Made by a program: the position numbers and the translations under genes. Under the pieces are notes generated by a model. It saw nothing but the letters and a program-made list of their open reading frames with translations. It was not told the origin of the DNA and ran no database searches. Shown here piece after piece: positions 24,201 through 38,360 of a stretch of 64,000 bases of DNA; within the stretch, counting starts at the first letter, position 1; each line of letters opens with the position of its first letter. This DNA is from Macrostomum lignano (Eukaryota), in contig NIVC01001135.1 in the NCBI GenBank assembly GCA_002269645.1, positions 124,001 through 188,000 on the forward strand, in the 5' to 3' direction.

Positions 24201-26086
24201 TACTGTCCGGTGTCCGAGCTGGCTACCGGACGCTTCTTCGTCACATTCTACAATCCGGCCAGCAGATTGAGCTGGCACTCGGCCAGGCTGCCCGTGACCG
24301 GACGGTACTACCGCGTACTGGATGAAGCCGGAGCCCCTGTCACCTCGCAGACAATCCCGGTGAACAATGGCACTCTCCGGGTGCCCGAGAGGAACCTATC
24401 GATAGCTGTCAACGAGCTGGCGTTCTTCGTAGCCTCGATTCCTCCGCTAGGCTACGCTGTGTACTCTGTGGAGCCGTGCAACTCCACGGACCCGGGCGCG
24501 TCCGTGTTCACGCCGATTCTGCCGACGACCAACGCGGGTCGCTCGGCGTCGGAAATTAGCGTCGGTCTGGCGTTCTACATTGGAATGCGCGGCAACTCTA
24601 GTGGAGAGCAGTTCAGACCGTCTGGGGCCTACGTGTTCAGGTGTGTAAGCGGAAGTTGTCGTACATGTATGTTGTTGTTTCCTTCCCCTTGAAGTGCCTG
24701 AGGTGGGTGAGTTTGGTAGCGCCTTCCTGAAGTGACTGATCTGGGGCTTCCTGAAGTGACTGATGTGGGACTTCCTGAGGTGACTGATGTGGGACTTCCT
24801 GAAGTGACTGATCTGGGGCTTCCTGAAGTGACTGATGTGGGACTTCCTGAAGTGACTGATGTGGGACTTCCTGAAGTGACTGATCTGGGGCTTCCTGAAG
24901 TGACTGATGTGGGACTTCCTGAAGTGACTGATGTGGGACTTCCTGAAGTGACTGATCTGGGGCTTCCTGAAGTGACTGAGGTGGGTCTTAAGATGCGTGA
25001 CTCTAAATCTTAGCTCGTAACTGTACTTGAGCTGTGAAACAATTTCCCAGGCCAACAACGGACCGACCCCAGACGCTATCCGCTCGCATTCAAGCCCAAG
25101 TGATCGGTCCCGTAGTCAACGAAACCCATTTTAACTACAACGACTGGGCGTACCTGGTTACTAGGCAGTATCCGGGTGCCAGTTCAAACTATCTAGAAGC
25201 CGAGTCGACTGTCGGTCCGCTACCGCTAGACGACGGTGTCGGTCGGGAAGTTGTCGCCGTCTATTCAGCCGACGGTCTGTCGGCGTCATCCGGCGAATTC
25301 CTGGTGGACTCGAACGGCCGCCAGCTGATGCGGGCTCGGCGAGACCCCAGCCGGCCAGAGGCCGCCCAGTTCCGGCCTGCTAACGCCATCGTCAGCGTTG
25401 CCGATGCCGCTCGTCAGCTGACGGTGCTGACCGACCGAGCCGCGGCCGCATCCTCGCGACCAGCCGAAGGCCAGCTCAGCGTGATGTTGCACCGAGTGAC
25501 GCTCGATGACGACGGATTTGGCGTTGGCGAAGCCCTGCGTGAGCGCGGCTCCGACGGCCGGGGCCTGGTGGTGAAGACCAGCCACTGGTACTTCCTGGCT
25601 GAGCCGGCGGCCTCTGCCGATCGCTACCGCTTGCTGGCAAGTCAGCGGCACCGCTCTCCCCTGGTGACTTTCTCGCTGCTGCAGCCGCGTTCCGCTTGGT
25701 GCCAATGGAGCGCCTTGACCGCTCCGCTGCCGGACAGCGTCCAGATTCTCACTCTGGAGCCCTGGCGTCAAAGTCCCGACCGACTGCTACTCCGGCTGGA
25801 GAACATCTTTCAAGCAAACGAATCGTCAGCTCATTCTGGGCCGGTCACAGTCGATTTGGGAGCCACATTTTCCGCGTTCGCCATCCTGGATGCCGTTGAG
25901 TTGAATTTGTCCGCCAACCAGCGCCTGGCGGATCAGACCCGGCTGAAGTGGCGCTCCATGCAGACAGAGGCAGTTGATCAGCAACCTCGCAGGGGACCGC
26001 TCACCAAGTCGCTCGAGATGACGCTGAGGCCTATGGAAATCAGGACGTTTGAAATTCGAGTAGCTTACAAAGGCGGAACTCTGTAG
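18262..26086 (+). CDS. MAN2B1: Lysosomal alpha-mannosidase (GH38), 961 aa; exons 18262-18594, 19515-19811, 20719-21340, 24043-24640, 25051-26086
   Basis: Signal peptide, [26 protein letters not shown] nucleophile motif, [25 protein letters not shown]-terminal LRPMEIRTF. Intron phases 0,0,1,2 are consistent; total 2886 nt. Confidence 0.96.
18766..19225. repeat. Telomere-like 18-bp minisatellite in MAN2B1 intron 1
   Basis: Unit ccctaacccaaccctaat, built from CCCTAA variants. Confidence 0.9.
19255..19400. repeat. 19-bp minisatellite in MAN2B1 intron 1
   Basis: Unit caattagttgccaattagt. Confidence 0.9.
19840..20692. repeat. 24-bp minisatellite in MAN2B1 intron 2
   Basis: Unit ggtgatgggctggtgtgtaacaca. 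Confidence 0.98.
21350..23160. repeat. 20-bp minisatellite in MAN2B1 intron 3
   Basis: Unit gaggtgttagaggaggctgt. A variant unit recurs with ~440-bp higher-order spacing. Confidence 0.98.
23180..23335 (+). mobile_element. Short degenerate RTE fragment, same family as 9891-10370
   Basis: cagtggacgctgacggag...gctgccttcaagatcggc...cgccgcgccggtctggtccgtccaagcgacctgttgcgccg aligns to the WTLTE...AAFKIG...RPS-LLRR segment with a deletion. Confidence 0.75.
23395..23935. repeat. 19-bp minisatellite in MAN2B1 intron 3
   Basis: Unit ccaatgtcaagcagaggtt. Confidence 0.97.
24722..24985. repeat. 24-bp minisatellite in MAN2B1 intron 4
   Basis: Unit cttcctgaagtgactgatgtggga. Confidence 0.97.
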
Positions 26087-29000
26087 CCACACGTGTAATT
26101 ATGGTCAGAATATGGACACTTGGTTGCCTAGATCAAGTTTTTTAACCCTTTCAAATTGATTAGATTTTTAAAATACATGTAAATGATTATATTATCCAAG
26201 ACGAATCAGAAAATCTGCTTGTGAGCAATAGTTATTTTTCTTTGTGAAGTTGCTTTTATTCAGCATGATGTACACCTATTGGTGGGTGGGTGCTAATGCA
26301 GCAGGTGCTCTAACATCGAGGACAAGCGCGTGTTCGTAGACTGTCTGTTGGAGGACGCTGCCCCCCAGTGTGTCTGTTTGTTTCACAAACTTACAGATTC
26401 CTGCTATACAGATGTCGATCATTGCAGTTGATATCGCTTAGGCATTCCAGGATGTTCAATGCTGAGAGTCTAACACGCACATATATTTACGAATTGCACA
26501 CACCTGTGTAGGTACATTTGTACATAATAAGCAGTTGATCTAGTTTAGTGCAGCTTATGCTGGGTTCGGCCTTCAAAACATTTAATCGATGCCTCGAGGT
26601 AAAGCGAAGATATATGTGGCAGCAGCTAGGTCCTATATAATTAAGAGGTCAGCGAGAGACAAGCAGAGAGAACTTGAAGGTAGAAATCAACTATTACGTA
26701 GATTAGCTAGGCTATCCGCCGCCACAACCCGTGTCCTCCTTTAACTGTCAATCTCGAGGACACAGCCGATTAAAGAAACGTTGCCAAGACAAAATGGATC
26801 GCATTAACCGTATAGGGACAGAGAGGACATTTTGCAGGGGATTCTAGTACTGGCGAGTCATGATACAGTATACAGCAGACGTTGGCAATTGTGAGCCATT
26901 AACCAAAAGTTTAATTAGTTTTTAAGTAGGCCTAGGTAAACCGAGTTTCAAACTCCTATAATTTTTGGAGCCAAAACGGCCCAAAAGTGACAGTCAGACG
27001 AGCATAGGTCATATAAAAACTAAAAAAATAGGAGAAAAAACACACTGAGAGTTGCTTTTCCAGACTTGTGACATCGATCCTTAAAGGTCCTCAAACCGCC
27101 GGCCATAAAGCCAGCCTATTCACTAAGAATGGGTGTTGCTTTGTGGGAAATTTCTAATCTAACGATGTTCCATACATAAAACACGAAGTGCTCTAATAAC
27201 ACGAATTTTACTGTGATTCCAGTTCGCGTTGAATCCTGCATTTTATAATACATAAATAAACTTTTATTTACGTAATTCACGCTTTTGGGATTTATTCGCA
27301 CTGATTTAAATGACCATATTAGACATTTTTACTGAAACAAACTGAAACAGACATATCAGCAGTGAAATAAATCCGCCTTTCCCATTTTTAATTTCCTACT
27401 AAATTAGCACTTAATTAGTATTTAATTAGTTTCCTATCTAATACCTATTTAAATCGTCGTCATTCGCTTAACGTAAAGTCCCTTCGAAGTTCGTTTTTGT
27501 TCATTTTTCTTTCGTTTTTACTTTTATTAACTGCAATACTTTTTTTTAACTCCTTGCTTTTTCTTTCGCTTCGTTAGTCGTCCAAGTATCGTTAATAACT
27601 TTTCCGCGTTCTTTCAAATACCATTTTGCAAAACTCGTACTAATCATAATTAAATAACTAGTGCTAAAATATTGTCTCCTATTCCTGAAGCAATCTTAAA
27701 TACATAGAAATATATTGGCCAAACAGGCTTCTTGCCTGAGCCAACTTACTACTACTACTCTTTGGCTTAAAAGCATCCCTAGTCCCTGATTACTCAAATG
27801 AACGATACCATCATGTCTCATTAATATATTTAAATAGTTGTAAATTATCCAAAAAATACTTGCTATTCAACTTCTCCCTGTTTTTTTTTCTGTCTACTTC
27901 ATTGTGAGACTGAGAGGTTGATTCAAGTGCAATACAATTACTAGGTACTGCCGTTGCCGTTGCCGGGTCCCGGGTCAAGTGGACCTGCACCTGCATAACG
28001 TTCGCTAACCATTTTACGGTAGGCCTACATATTAAAAAAATAGTCTTTATATTAGAGGTCAAATTTCCAGTAGGCCTAACCAGACATTTCGTTTTGTCAA
28101 TGTCAACCAGCACTTCATCGACTAGGGCCTAGGCCTAGCATTTTGTCAACTGTATGAAAGCAGCAAAGCTCAATAAAATGCTCAAAGTATCGCACCAGTG
28201 TTTCAGTCGCGGTAAAACCATTTCTTGCTGCTGTTGCAGTTGAATCCATCCTTATCACACTTGATGCCTTGCCTTGGCTTTTGGTAAGCAGGGCACAGCG
28301 CACAGGTGCAGATCCAGTTTATTTGAATGGGGTGCGTATTACTAAGGTACATGTATTTTATATCATACATCTACAATACTACATGATAATGCATGAGCCT
28401 ATTACCCATAGAAAAAAATAAATAGAAATTAAACTTCATGGGTAGGCCTACTGTGCATCCTGTATGCCTCCCCCTAAATCCATTAAGGTTAATGCCAAGC
28501 TTAGTTATTCTGGCTACTAATAATAGGCCTAGGCCCTAATAATAAAGAGCCTTGCAAAGTGAAAACTTAAATAAGGTATTTAAGTATTAGCTCTAAGTCT
28601 TATGCTATAGTAATAAAAACCTTAAAGTCTTTAATTGCTAGATAGAACCTAGGCCTCTATATTGGCAGCTTTTTTCCTTTTAAATAGGCCTACTAATTTC
28701 ATTAGAAATATCATAAAATTTGCCTATTTACTTATTTAAATCAACCAAGATAGGACCTAGGATAAAAGATTTTTCATGTCAATAGGAAATAAAAAATCTA
28801 TTAAGACAAATTTTATTCTTGCATTCAAAATGTCAAAAAAGACAAAAGGTTACTATAAATGCAAATTTTTTCTTTTTCCTTAGTTAGAACTTAAAAAATA
28901 AATTTGTCTATGGCTTGTTTATTGCTAAGCTTGGCTTTAAATAATTGGCTTAGGCCTATAATTCTATAATATTTGCTAGGTCTAAATACCTTTTTTGCAT

Positions 29001-29996
29001 TGCATAGATCTAATAAGTATAATAAAGGTCTAATAAAAATATTTTTTTGGATTATGATCTTATTTTTACCTCATAGCTAAAGGTATTCACATTAGCATTT
29101 GCTAACTTGACTTGATATTTTAATAAGTGTAACAAGTGTTTAAAATAAAAAGTTCAACATATTTGTTTTTGTAGACAAATTAGTTATTATAATTGTAATA
29201 TAGGGGTCTATATAAATGATCTACATGATTTTGCACAAAAATATAAATTCTTAAAAAGTCTTATTTTTTAAACCATGCCATGTCCTTCTATTATATAGTT
29301 TAAATGGATTATTAAATTTTAATCTAAAATTCGCCTTGTAATACTGCTTAGAATTTTTTATATAGATTATATGTCTAATACTAATAGTTTGACTAAATTG
29401 TATCTAAAAAATCTATTAAAAAATCATATTGTAGAACATTTTGTCAGTTTGTCAATATCATTAAGTCTTTAATGATAAGTAATAAATAATAATATTTAAT
29501 TAGCTTTTGTTTTCTAAATATTTGCTATCAAAATTTAATAACCTTTTATCCAAAAATAAACTGCTATACCAGAAATTTTTGGTATGAAGTTGCTTTGGGT
29601 TCTTTAAAATATTTTGCTTGTATATTGTTTGTTGCAAAATTTTCTGATAGATTGGTAATGGTAATTATAATAAAATCAATAGTATTAAAGTAATCATTAG
29701 ACAAATCCAAAGCAGAAAGTTGCATAATTATTTTATGTTGGACATAAAATGAGCATATTTTATGCTTTATATGTTGGCTGAGTAATTGCATTTAAAATTA
29801 TTAATAAGTCAATCTTTTTTTCATTTCTGTTTCCAATCAAGTTCTGGTAACAAAAGCCAGAATCTAAATTTAGGTGTATTTTTTCTGATTTTCTACTATA
29901 AGTAGCAAAATTGCATCGCCTAAATTGAAAACATGCCATTGTTCCAATTGCTGCCTTAGCAACAGTGCAAGCATTCGAACAGCCATTTAGGCCATC

Positions 29997-32900
29997 ATGA
30001 TCTTTCAAAAGACCGTTAATAATCGTTTCTATGCCAGCCCTAGTGGCGCCCCAGCTAAGCCAGACCCGCCTGGCATTGTGCCAGCTGGCCCTCCAGCTAC
30101 TGGTCTGCCTAAGCTGCTGTCGCTCACTACTCAGGCATCGTCTAGCATTATCTCTGTGGCTGGCGGCGGCGGAAGCGCTGCCGGCGGTGGAGGCGGCGGT
30201 GCGGCCGGAGCGGACAGCCAAGCTGGGGTGGGCCGGCCGGCCGGCGAGTTCATGCACATCGCTGCCGTGGCCAAGCCGCATACGGACGACATTCTGCAGT
30301 TTAGAATTCGCTCATCCAACAATGCGCCAGGTTTGTCCTCATACATGCGCAACCCCCTGATTTACACTGGCCATGCGACTTACTTTTTGACCAAAAATGT
30401 GACTTACATGTGAAAGAAAGAGCAAAATTAAAGCAATTTTGGGTAAACGGCAGGAGTAACAATGACTGTTATATAAGGGCTAAATACCTCGTCATCTAGT
30501 TAGTACTACATATTAGTATTAGTACTATGGCTATGAATTGAATTTGGATAATATCTCTATTAGAATGTGGATATGCTTTTGCAGAGCCTACTATTAGTAA
30601 TATTAAACTAACCATGCGCCATACTTTATAATCATTAGCGGCGGCAGCGGCGGCAGCGGCGGCCGCCCAGGACCCTCTGGCACAGAGCCAATCAGCTGGC
30701 AAGGCCGGCCTCGGCCTGCGTCAGGCGCCGTCAATTCTGCGCAAACGCGGCACTGAACTTGCCACTGCGGCGGCGGGCGCGGCCGGCGCCAACAACGCCA
30801 ATTCCGGCGCTAATCGAGCCGGCGACCCGGCCGGTGCTGCGGACGCCAGTCCGAGAAAGCGGGCCCGGAAACAGCAGCTGCAGCCGGACTCCGCTTCCCA
30901 GCTGCTGGCCGCCGCTGCTGCTGCCGCCGCCGCTGCCTCCGCTGGCAGCATCGAAGCGCTGGCGCCGCAGGCTCAGCCTGCATTGACTCCGGCGTCTGCG
31001 GCATCACCATCCAGCGCAATGTCCCCGGCCGGCGCTGCCACCATGCTGTACCGTCAGAATCATTCGCAGCCACCGCCAGCCGATCCAGGCGGCGGTCGGG
31101 CGCTTCCAGCTGGCGCGGCCGCCGCTGCTGCGTTCGCCTCGCCGGCGCTGCCGAACCAGACGCTGCCAGCTGGCTCGGCTCCGGCCAGCGTCCGGCTGAC
31201 CCGACCGGTCCCGACCGGACAAACGGCCGGCCCGATTCGCCTAGTAAAGGAGGAGCTGGTGCTGGCGGACGCGGATATTGCGCTGGGGTCGCACGAGAAT
31301 GTCGGGCCGGACTCGCCAGCCTGCAGTCCGGAGGATGAGCAGTACAGGCGGATGCTGCGGGTACTCCAGGAGGAGCCTTGCAGGCCGCAGGTTTGTTGCC
31401 ATTTTGCTGTTTGATTGCACTGCTTGACCTGAGAGAGAAGAGGGTGAGAAAGGAGAGGGGAGGTCAGAAAGGCGAGGGGAGATGAGAAACGAGAGGGAAG
31501 ATAAGAAAGGCGAGGGGAGATGAGAAACGAGAGGGGAGATAAGAAACGAGAGGGGAGATAAGAAACGAGAGGGGAGATGAGAAACGAGAGGGGAGATAAG
31601 ATTAGAAAGGAGAGAGGAGATGAGAAACGAGAGGGGAGATACGATGAGAAAGGAGAGGGGAGATTAGAAAGGAGAGAGGAGATAAGAAAGGCGAGGGGAG
31701 ATGAGAAACGAGAGTGGAGATGAGAAAATCGAGGGGAGATGAGAAAGGCGAGGGGAGATGAGAAACTAGAGGGGAGATAAGATGAGAAAGGAGAAAGGAG
31801 ATGAGAAAGGAGAGGGGATATGAGAAAGGAGAGGGGAGATGAGAAAGGAGAGGGGAGATGAGATGAGAAAGGAGAGGGGAGATGAGAAAGGTGAGGGGAG
31901 ATGAGAAAGGAGAGGGGAGATGAGAAAGGAGAGGGGAGATAAGAAAGGAGAGGGGAGATGAGAAAGGAGAGGGGAGATGAGAAAGGAGAGGGGAGATGAG
32001 AAAGGAGAGGGGAGATGAGAAAGGAGAGGGGAGATGAGATGATAAAGGAGAGGGGAGATGAGAAAGGTGAGGGGAGATGAGAAAGGAGAGGGGAGATGAG
32101 AAAGGAGAGGGGAGATGAGAAAGGAGAGGGGAGATGAGAAAGGAGAGGGGAGATAAGAAAGGAGAGGGGAGATGAGAAAGGAGAGGGGAGATGAGAAAGG
32201 GAAGGGGAGATGAGAAAGGAGAGGGGAGATGAGAAAGGAGAGGGGAGATGAGAAAGGAGAGGGGAGATGAGAAAGGTGAGGGGAGATGAGAAAGGAGAGG
32301 GGAGATAAGAAAGGAGAGGGGAGATGAGAAAGGAGAGGGGAGATGAGAAAGGGAAGGGGAGATGAGAAAGGAGAGGGGAGATGAGAAAGGAGAGGGGAGA
32401 TGAGAAAGGCGAGGGGAGATGAGAAACTAGAGGGGAGATAAGATGAGAAAGGAGAGGGGAGATGAGAAAGAGGAGGGGAGATGAGAAAGGGAAGGGGAGA
32501 TGAGAAAGGAGAGGGAGATGAGAAAGGAGAGGGGAGATGAGAAAGGAGAGGGGAGATGAGAAAGGAGAGGGGAGATGAGAAAGGAGAGGGGAGATAAGAA
32601 AGGAGAGGGGAGATGAGAAAGGAGAGGGGACAGAGTGCAGAAGAGGCACGAACCTTGAGCAGGCCGGATTGCTATTGTGAAGTTTCAAAGAACCTAATGG
32701 CCGGATAGAGAGGCTTCGTGGGCCGGAGTTTGCCAACCCTGTGTTGAGAGCTGGTTTTCATTTTGAAAATTGTCTGAAAAGCTATAGAATTATTAGTAGT
32801 TTGTTGTAGCAGTCTGGAATGGAAACTGCTGCATTAAACAACTGACCGAATTTCTTTGCTAATTGATTCTAAAAAACTCTGGGACGAGTCTTGAGTGGCA

Positions 32901-33699
32901 ATCAATAAAATGTCTTATTTGGCGCGAATTTAAATTGAACAAACTGCTGTAGAATGGCCTCATCAAAGCTGCATTTCCCTACTCTGTTAATCACCCAACC
33001 CTCTCCGTACAGGTGTTCAGCCGGCCCCGAGCCTGCCTCCTGCCTCCCGAGCAGCTCTGTCCGGCTCCGGCCGACCGTGGCCGCGCCCGTCTCGGCCATT
33101 TCCTTCGGCCGGCCGACGTCCGCCGAATTCCTCCGTCGAAGCGGCCGAGCCCGATCGAGCTGGGCCGCTCGGCCCGGGGCCTGGCCGACTGCCGGCGGGT
33201 CTGCAGCCTCGCCGACGGACTTGACGATCTGCGAGCCAGCGAGGAGCGCCTGGCCGCTCGCCTGGTTGCCGTCTCCCGCCGGCTGGCACCGTCTGGCAGC
33301 TCGCCAGCCGGCTGCGCCGCCGCCATGGCGCTGTCATCGCCGGACAAAAATTCGGCGGCTGCCGGCCCGGCGCCTCTGCTGCAGGCGTCCGCCCAGCCTA
33401 GCCGGGTGCTGGCCGAGCTGCTGGCTCGGACACGGGCGATGCTGTTGGACTTGCTGTCCGCACACGCGCCCGCAGCTTTTGTCGCGATGCGTTCGGCCAT
33501 GGCCGCCGCTTCTGGATCCGCCTCGTCGTCCTCTTCGTCCGCAGCGGCAGCAGCGTCCATAGCTGACGACGAGCGGGCCTCGTCTGTCGCCTCGCCGACT
33601 TTCGCCAACGTCGAGGTGGACAGCGCACGAAATCGTTCAAGTAGGCGGCGTCGGCGGACCACGTCGATAAGTCGAGGCGAAGTCAGCGACGCCAGCTAG
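29997..33699 (+). CDS. SAP130: SAP130-like Sin3/HDAC complex subunit, ~590 aa; exons 29997-30330, 30639-31390, 33013-33699 (upstream exons possible)
   Basis: SPRKRARKQQL resembles SAP130 SPRKKPRKQQ; RPRACLL...HFLRPADVR resembles RPRPPITLL...HFQRYSDVR. Intron phases 1 and 0 are consistent. The rest is Ala/Gly/Pro-rich low complexity. Confidence 0.72.
31430..32632. repeat. 19-bp purine-rich minisatellite in SAP130-like intron 2
   Basis: Unit gagaaaggagaggggagat. Confidence 0.97.
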
Positions 33700-36600
33700 C
33701 TGGGGCTCTTCAATTAATTGTGAGCCCAGTGAAATTATTTAGATTGCGAGGCGCTATCGTTACTACTGTCAGCTCAGTAGTTGCAACGCAGTGGCAACAC
33801 GGCCTTCTTTCTACATTGTTTTGTTAATAATTAACTGGCCAAGTTCTGTAAAAATGGGAGCGAATTTGAAGCAATCGCTAAATTCATATTTTGACTTGCA
33901 CGCATTGCTTTCTGTTGTTAGTAGCTATATATTTGCAATGTCCAAAATCAGCTTGGCAGTGATGCGAGAGATAATGCCCCCGCCAACTTGGCAGCTTTGT
34001 TTTTCCATTTAGCAAATGCGTTTGTCCCTAAAGCTACAGCACAGTTTTACTTGTTAGATTTGATTGTGTCATTTTAATTAGCCTCTTAATATGCATTTTG
34101 AAATGCATTGACCTCTTATCCCCCCTCTTAAATCGTTATGGTCAAACTCTAGTTCTCCTATGGTCTCTTCAAAGTGCTTGTGTATAACAGTGTAAATTAT
34201 ATCAGTCGTGTCTGGATCGACCGGTTTGGATCTCTTTTAAATCAACTTCTGTCTCGCTTCTTTTTTAATTGTCCATTTAGATTGTTTGGTTAGTGTCATT
34301 GCTAATTGTTCTATACGTTATCCCTGATAGTAGCCGTATGAACGTGCGATAAAGTAGCTGTTTTTTTACAACAAACTCATTTCCATTGACCTCCACATAC
34401 GTAAATTAATTTATTACAGTAAAAGCAATATAATTTGTATAATAATAAAACGCGAATTTCATTATAAAGTTCTTCTATGTACTTTTATTGTTGGTGTGAA
34501 TTATCCTTAACTATCTGAATATATTTATCTCTCTTTTGGATTATGTTTTTCAGCACTTTCTTGATCTGATCTGCTTCTGTTTGCTTGTTGTTCTCTAACA
34601 TAGATTGTGCTTATAAAAATCGCATGAAATTTGCTGCAATTGCTCTCTGCAGCAAGTGCTCTTCTATTGCGCGCCCAGGGCAGCTTTTTGTAGAGCCAAA
34701 TTTTATAAAAATATTATTTGCAACTGGTTTCCCTTTATTGATTCTGATATAATGCTTGGTCTGTATTGTTCATGCTCTATTGTCGGGATTCCCCTTTGTC
34801 GCCTTGAACCTGCTTACTTACATAAATCAGCAATTTCTATTCGTTTCTTACTTTTTCATCCCGTGACTGACTCTAGGAAAGTTCTAATGTAATTACTGTA
34901 ACTCTTGAGCAAGATTGTTTTTAAACATATGCTCGATGTCCGGCATGTATGTACATGTATGCCTTTAGAACAAGGGGCTTTTTGCAAAGTATTTTTGCAG
35001 TTCCTTCAGTTTCTATAAATAAATATATATCAACCATATGATGTAATTTCACTGTACATAACGTATATTTTAGGAAATCAATAAATCAAAAAATTAATGG
35101 AATTCTGTTTTTTGCTTTATTTTTATATTTTACGGCCGATGCTCTTCGACAAGCAAGATATATAGAAAATATTGAGATTTACTTGTCGGTTAAAGCACGC
35201 TACGGTAGCCAGCGATAGCTCAAGCAATATATTTTTAAGGGAGCTGTACCACGTGCAAAAATGTACCAATCGAAAAAAATTGACATTAAATTTGTTACAC
35301 GAAAATTTAGACCCATATAGCGTAGTCCGTGTCTACAGGAGCGCAATATACATGTGCGTTTAAGCTGCCGATTGTGAAGGAATTCACCAGGATGCCATTA
35401 AAATCTTTGTGCGTGAAATTTGTGCGTGCGTCGACTTTAGTCGTGAGTTGCTTTTTTAAAGTAGCTTTTCTTCGAATCGTACTGCCTGCAGTACGTTCGT
35501 CCCCGACTTTTGTGAAATTCAGAATTGTAATACTAATATACTAAAAATGAGTTGTCTGTCGGTAGGTAGGTATGCGATAGATTTCAGAAAAAATGGCTCA
35601 ACCGATTTTCTTCAAATTTGCACCATTCGATCAGAAATTTTCCTGGGACGGTACATGCATCTTGGCTAAGAAATTGCTCAATGTTAAAAGCATTAAATAT
35701 TTGTAATACTAAAGCTAAAGGTAGTGACTTCTCTAAGAGTCCCTTGATTTTAAAGTAGGGCCTATGCATGCAAAAGTCAAATTTGAATAAAAAGTAGGTT
35801 TTTTGCAAGGCAGTTGCATCATGTTTAACAGTTTAATAGGGGCATAGGGCCAAAAACTAAGTTTAATAGGTTTTTAAATTTTTACTTGGTCAACAAAGGA
35901 AAAAATAAAAGAAGCTAGGTTTTAGTCTAGGTTTGGTCTTAAAAGTTTTTAAGGTAATTGAGCACTTTAAGAAAGTTGTGAACTTATATTATGCTTAGGC
36001 CTATCTATGAAGGCCATGAAGGGTCATATGCAAAATTAGTTTTTGAAACCCTAATATTATCTTAGACTTAGGCCTATCTTTGACTGCAGATTAAATATAG
36101 ATTTATCATCTATCTTGGCTATACTTAAGACAAAATAATTAGAATTCAATATGCATAGGGATTGCTATTAAAATGACTATTTAGGACCTATTTAGGTACT
36201 ATACAAAAATGACCAAGTTTAAGTTTTAGTGTAGTCCCTATGTGCATAGGCCTAGTTGAGAAGCTAAATTTTGATCAAAAGAAGTAGAATATAGGCCTAT
36301 TCTAAAAAGTAAATAAAAATAAATTAAAATTTGTTGTATTTAACTTTTCTAAGAAAAAAGACTAAAAGTAGGCCTAGGCCTAAAACAAAAATAATTAAAT
36401 AAACTAGTTCCCTACAATTTTAATAAAATATTACCCAGTTTTCATTTACTTTTTTTGCATAGATTAAAAACCTAAGCTCTAAATATAGTTGGCCAATTTT
36501 CATTTTTGTTTTAGTATAAAGCCTATAAAAGCTAAAGAAACAAATTTCATTCTAGCATGCACTAGTATATAATCTAGATATTGGTCTATATATTATCATT

Positions 36601-36984
36601 TTGTTTTAAATAGCAAGAAAAAATATTAGGCCTATAAATAGATGATAGCTAAAAGCCAAACCAAATAAACTTGTTCTTATTTATCTACAAGCTGTTGAAA
36701 CCTGCGGATTTTGAACCCAGGGAATTCCAATACCTGGAACTTTACTTTTGCATGTATTCTGAAATCTAAGGCCATACACAAAAAAATTTGTTAATAGTTA
36801 GTAGGATAGAGGTAGACATAAAATGGAGCACATTCGTGTAAAATTAGGATTTGAGGAAAAAATTGATACTGTTGGCTGGGGTACTGCGCAGAATGTCAGG
36901 CGAAATGTCTGTTTGACTCTAAAACATGTATTGGCAAACTCTGGCCTCTCCCTGACTCTCCCTACATCCCTTGGATCCTTTAAA

Positions 36985-37435
36985 ATTTCTATCGTCTCTT
37001 CTGTTTCCTTTCTTCTCTCTCATCCCATCTCTCCTCTCTCCTCTCTCCCCTCTTCTCTCGTATCTTCCCTCATCTCTCTTCTCTTTCATCTCTCTTATCT
37101 CATTTCTTGTCTCTTCTTTTCTCTCTCCTCTCCTCTCTCCCCCCCTTTTCTCGTCTCTCCCTTCTCCTCTCTATTCTTTTCTCTTTTCTCTTAACTCTCT
37201 CCTCTAATCTCTCATCTCTCCTCTTTACTCTTTTCTCTCTCTCTCCTCTCATCTCTTCTTTCCTCTCTCCTCTCTCTTTCTCCTCTCTTCTCTATTCTCT
37301 TCCCTCACCTCTTTTCTCTCTCGTCTAGTTGCTCTATCATCTTTCCTTTCTCCTCTTTTATCTTTTCTCTCTTATCTCTTCTCATTTCTCTCTGTTCCCC
37401 TCCCTCTCTCTCCCTCCCTCCCTCCCTGTCCCTCC

Positions 37436-37518
<83 letters not shown>

Positions 37519-38360
37519 TCTCTCTCTCTCTCTTATCTCTCCTCTCCCATCTCTCTTCTCCTCTCTACTCTCTCCCCTCTTCATTGTCCTATTTCCTCTG
37601 CTCTCTCCCTGTCTCTCCTCTCTCCTCTAGTCTCTGTAATCTCTTCTCTCTTATCTCTCCTCTGTTCTCTCTACTCTCCCATCTCTCATCTGCTCTCTCA
37701 TCTGTCATCTTTACTCACTTATACATTCTCTCACTTATCTCCTCTGTACTCTTCTCTTTCACCTCTTCTGACTCCTCTCTTTCCTTTCTCCTCTCTTCTT
37801 TTCTCTTCCTTCTATACTCTCTCTCCTCTATTATCTTCTCTCGTCTCTCTGCACTCTCCTCTCACCTTTTTCATCTCTTATCTTTACTCTCTCATCTCTC
37901 CTTTAATCTGTCTCATCTCTGCAATCTCATCTCTTTCCTCTCTTCTCCTCTTCCCTTTACTCTCTCATCTCTCCTTTCTCCCCTCTTCTTACACCCCTCT
38001 CTTATCACTATCTCTTCTCTTCTCACTCCTCTCTCCCTATCTTATCTCCTCTCTTCTCTATCCTTTCTACTCTCTCCTCTCTAATCTCTCCTTTCCTATT
38101 GACCCTGTCCTCTTCTTTCTGCTCTCTAATCTCTACTATCTTCTCACTCTTCTCTACTCTCCTCTCATTGATCCTCTATCTCATCTCTCCCCTCTTCTCA
38201 CCTTTACTCTTTCCTCTCCCTCCTTTCTCCCCTCCTCTCGCTTCTTCCTCCCTTCTTCTCTGCTCTCTCCTCGTCCTCATCACTTGTCTCTTCCTCTTAC
38301 TCGTATGTTTAATGTTTTCTCAGATCCCCTCTCGCCTCTCCTCTCTTCTAATAGTCTATT
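36985..38360. repeat. Polypyrimidine (CT-rich) low-complexity tract with a (CT)n core at ~37443-37530
   Basis: About 1.4 kb dominated by C and T on the + strand. Confidence 0.95.

Noticed and set aside
26586-26745. Short ORF MPRGKAKIY... (51 aa)
   Set aside because: No recognisable domain, splice support or continuation.
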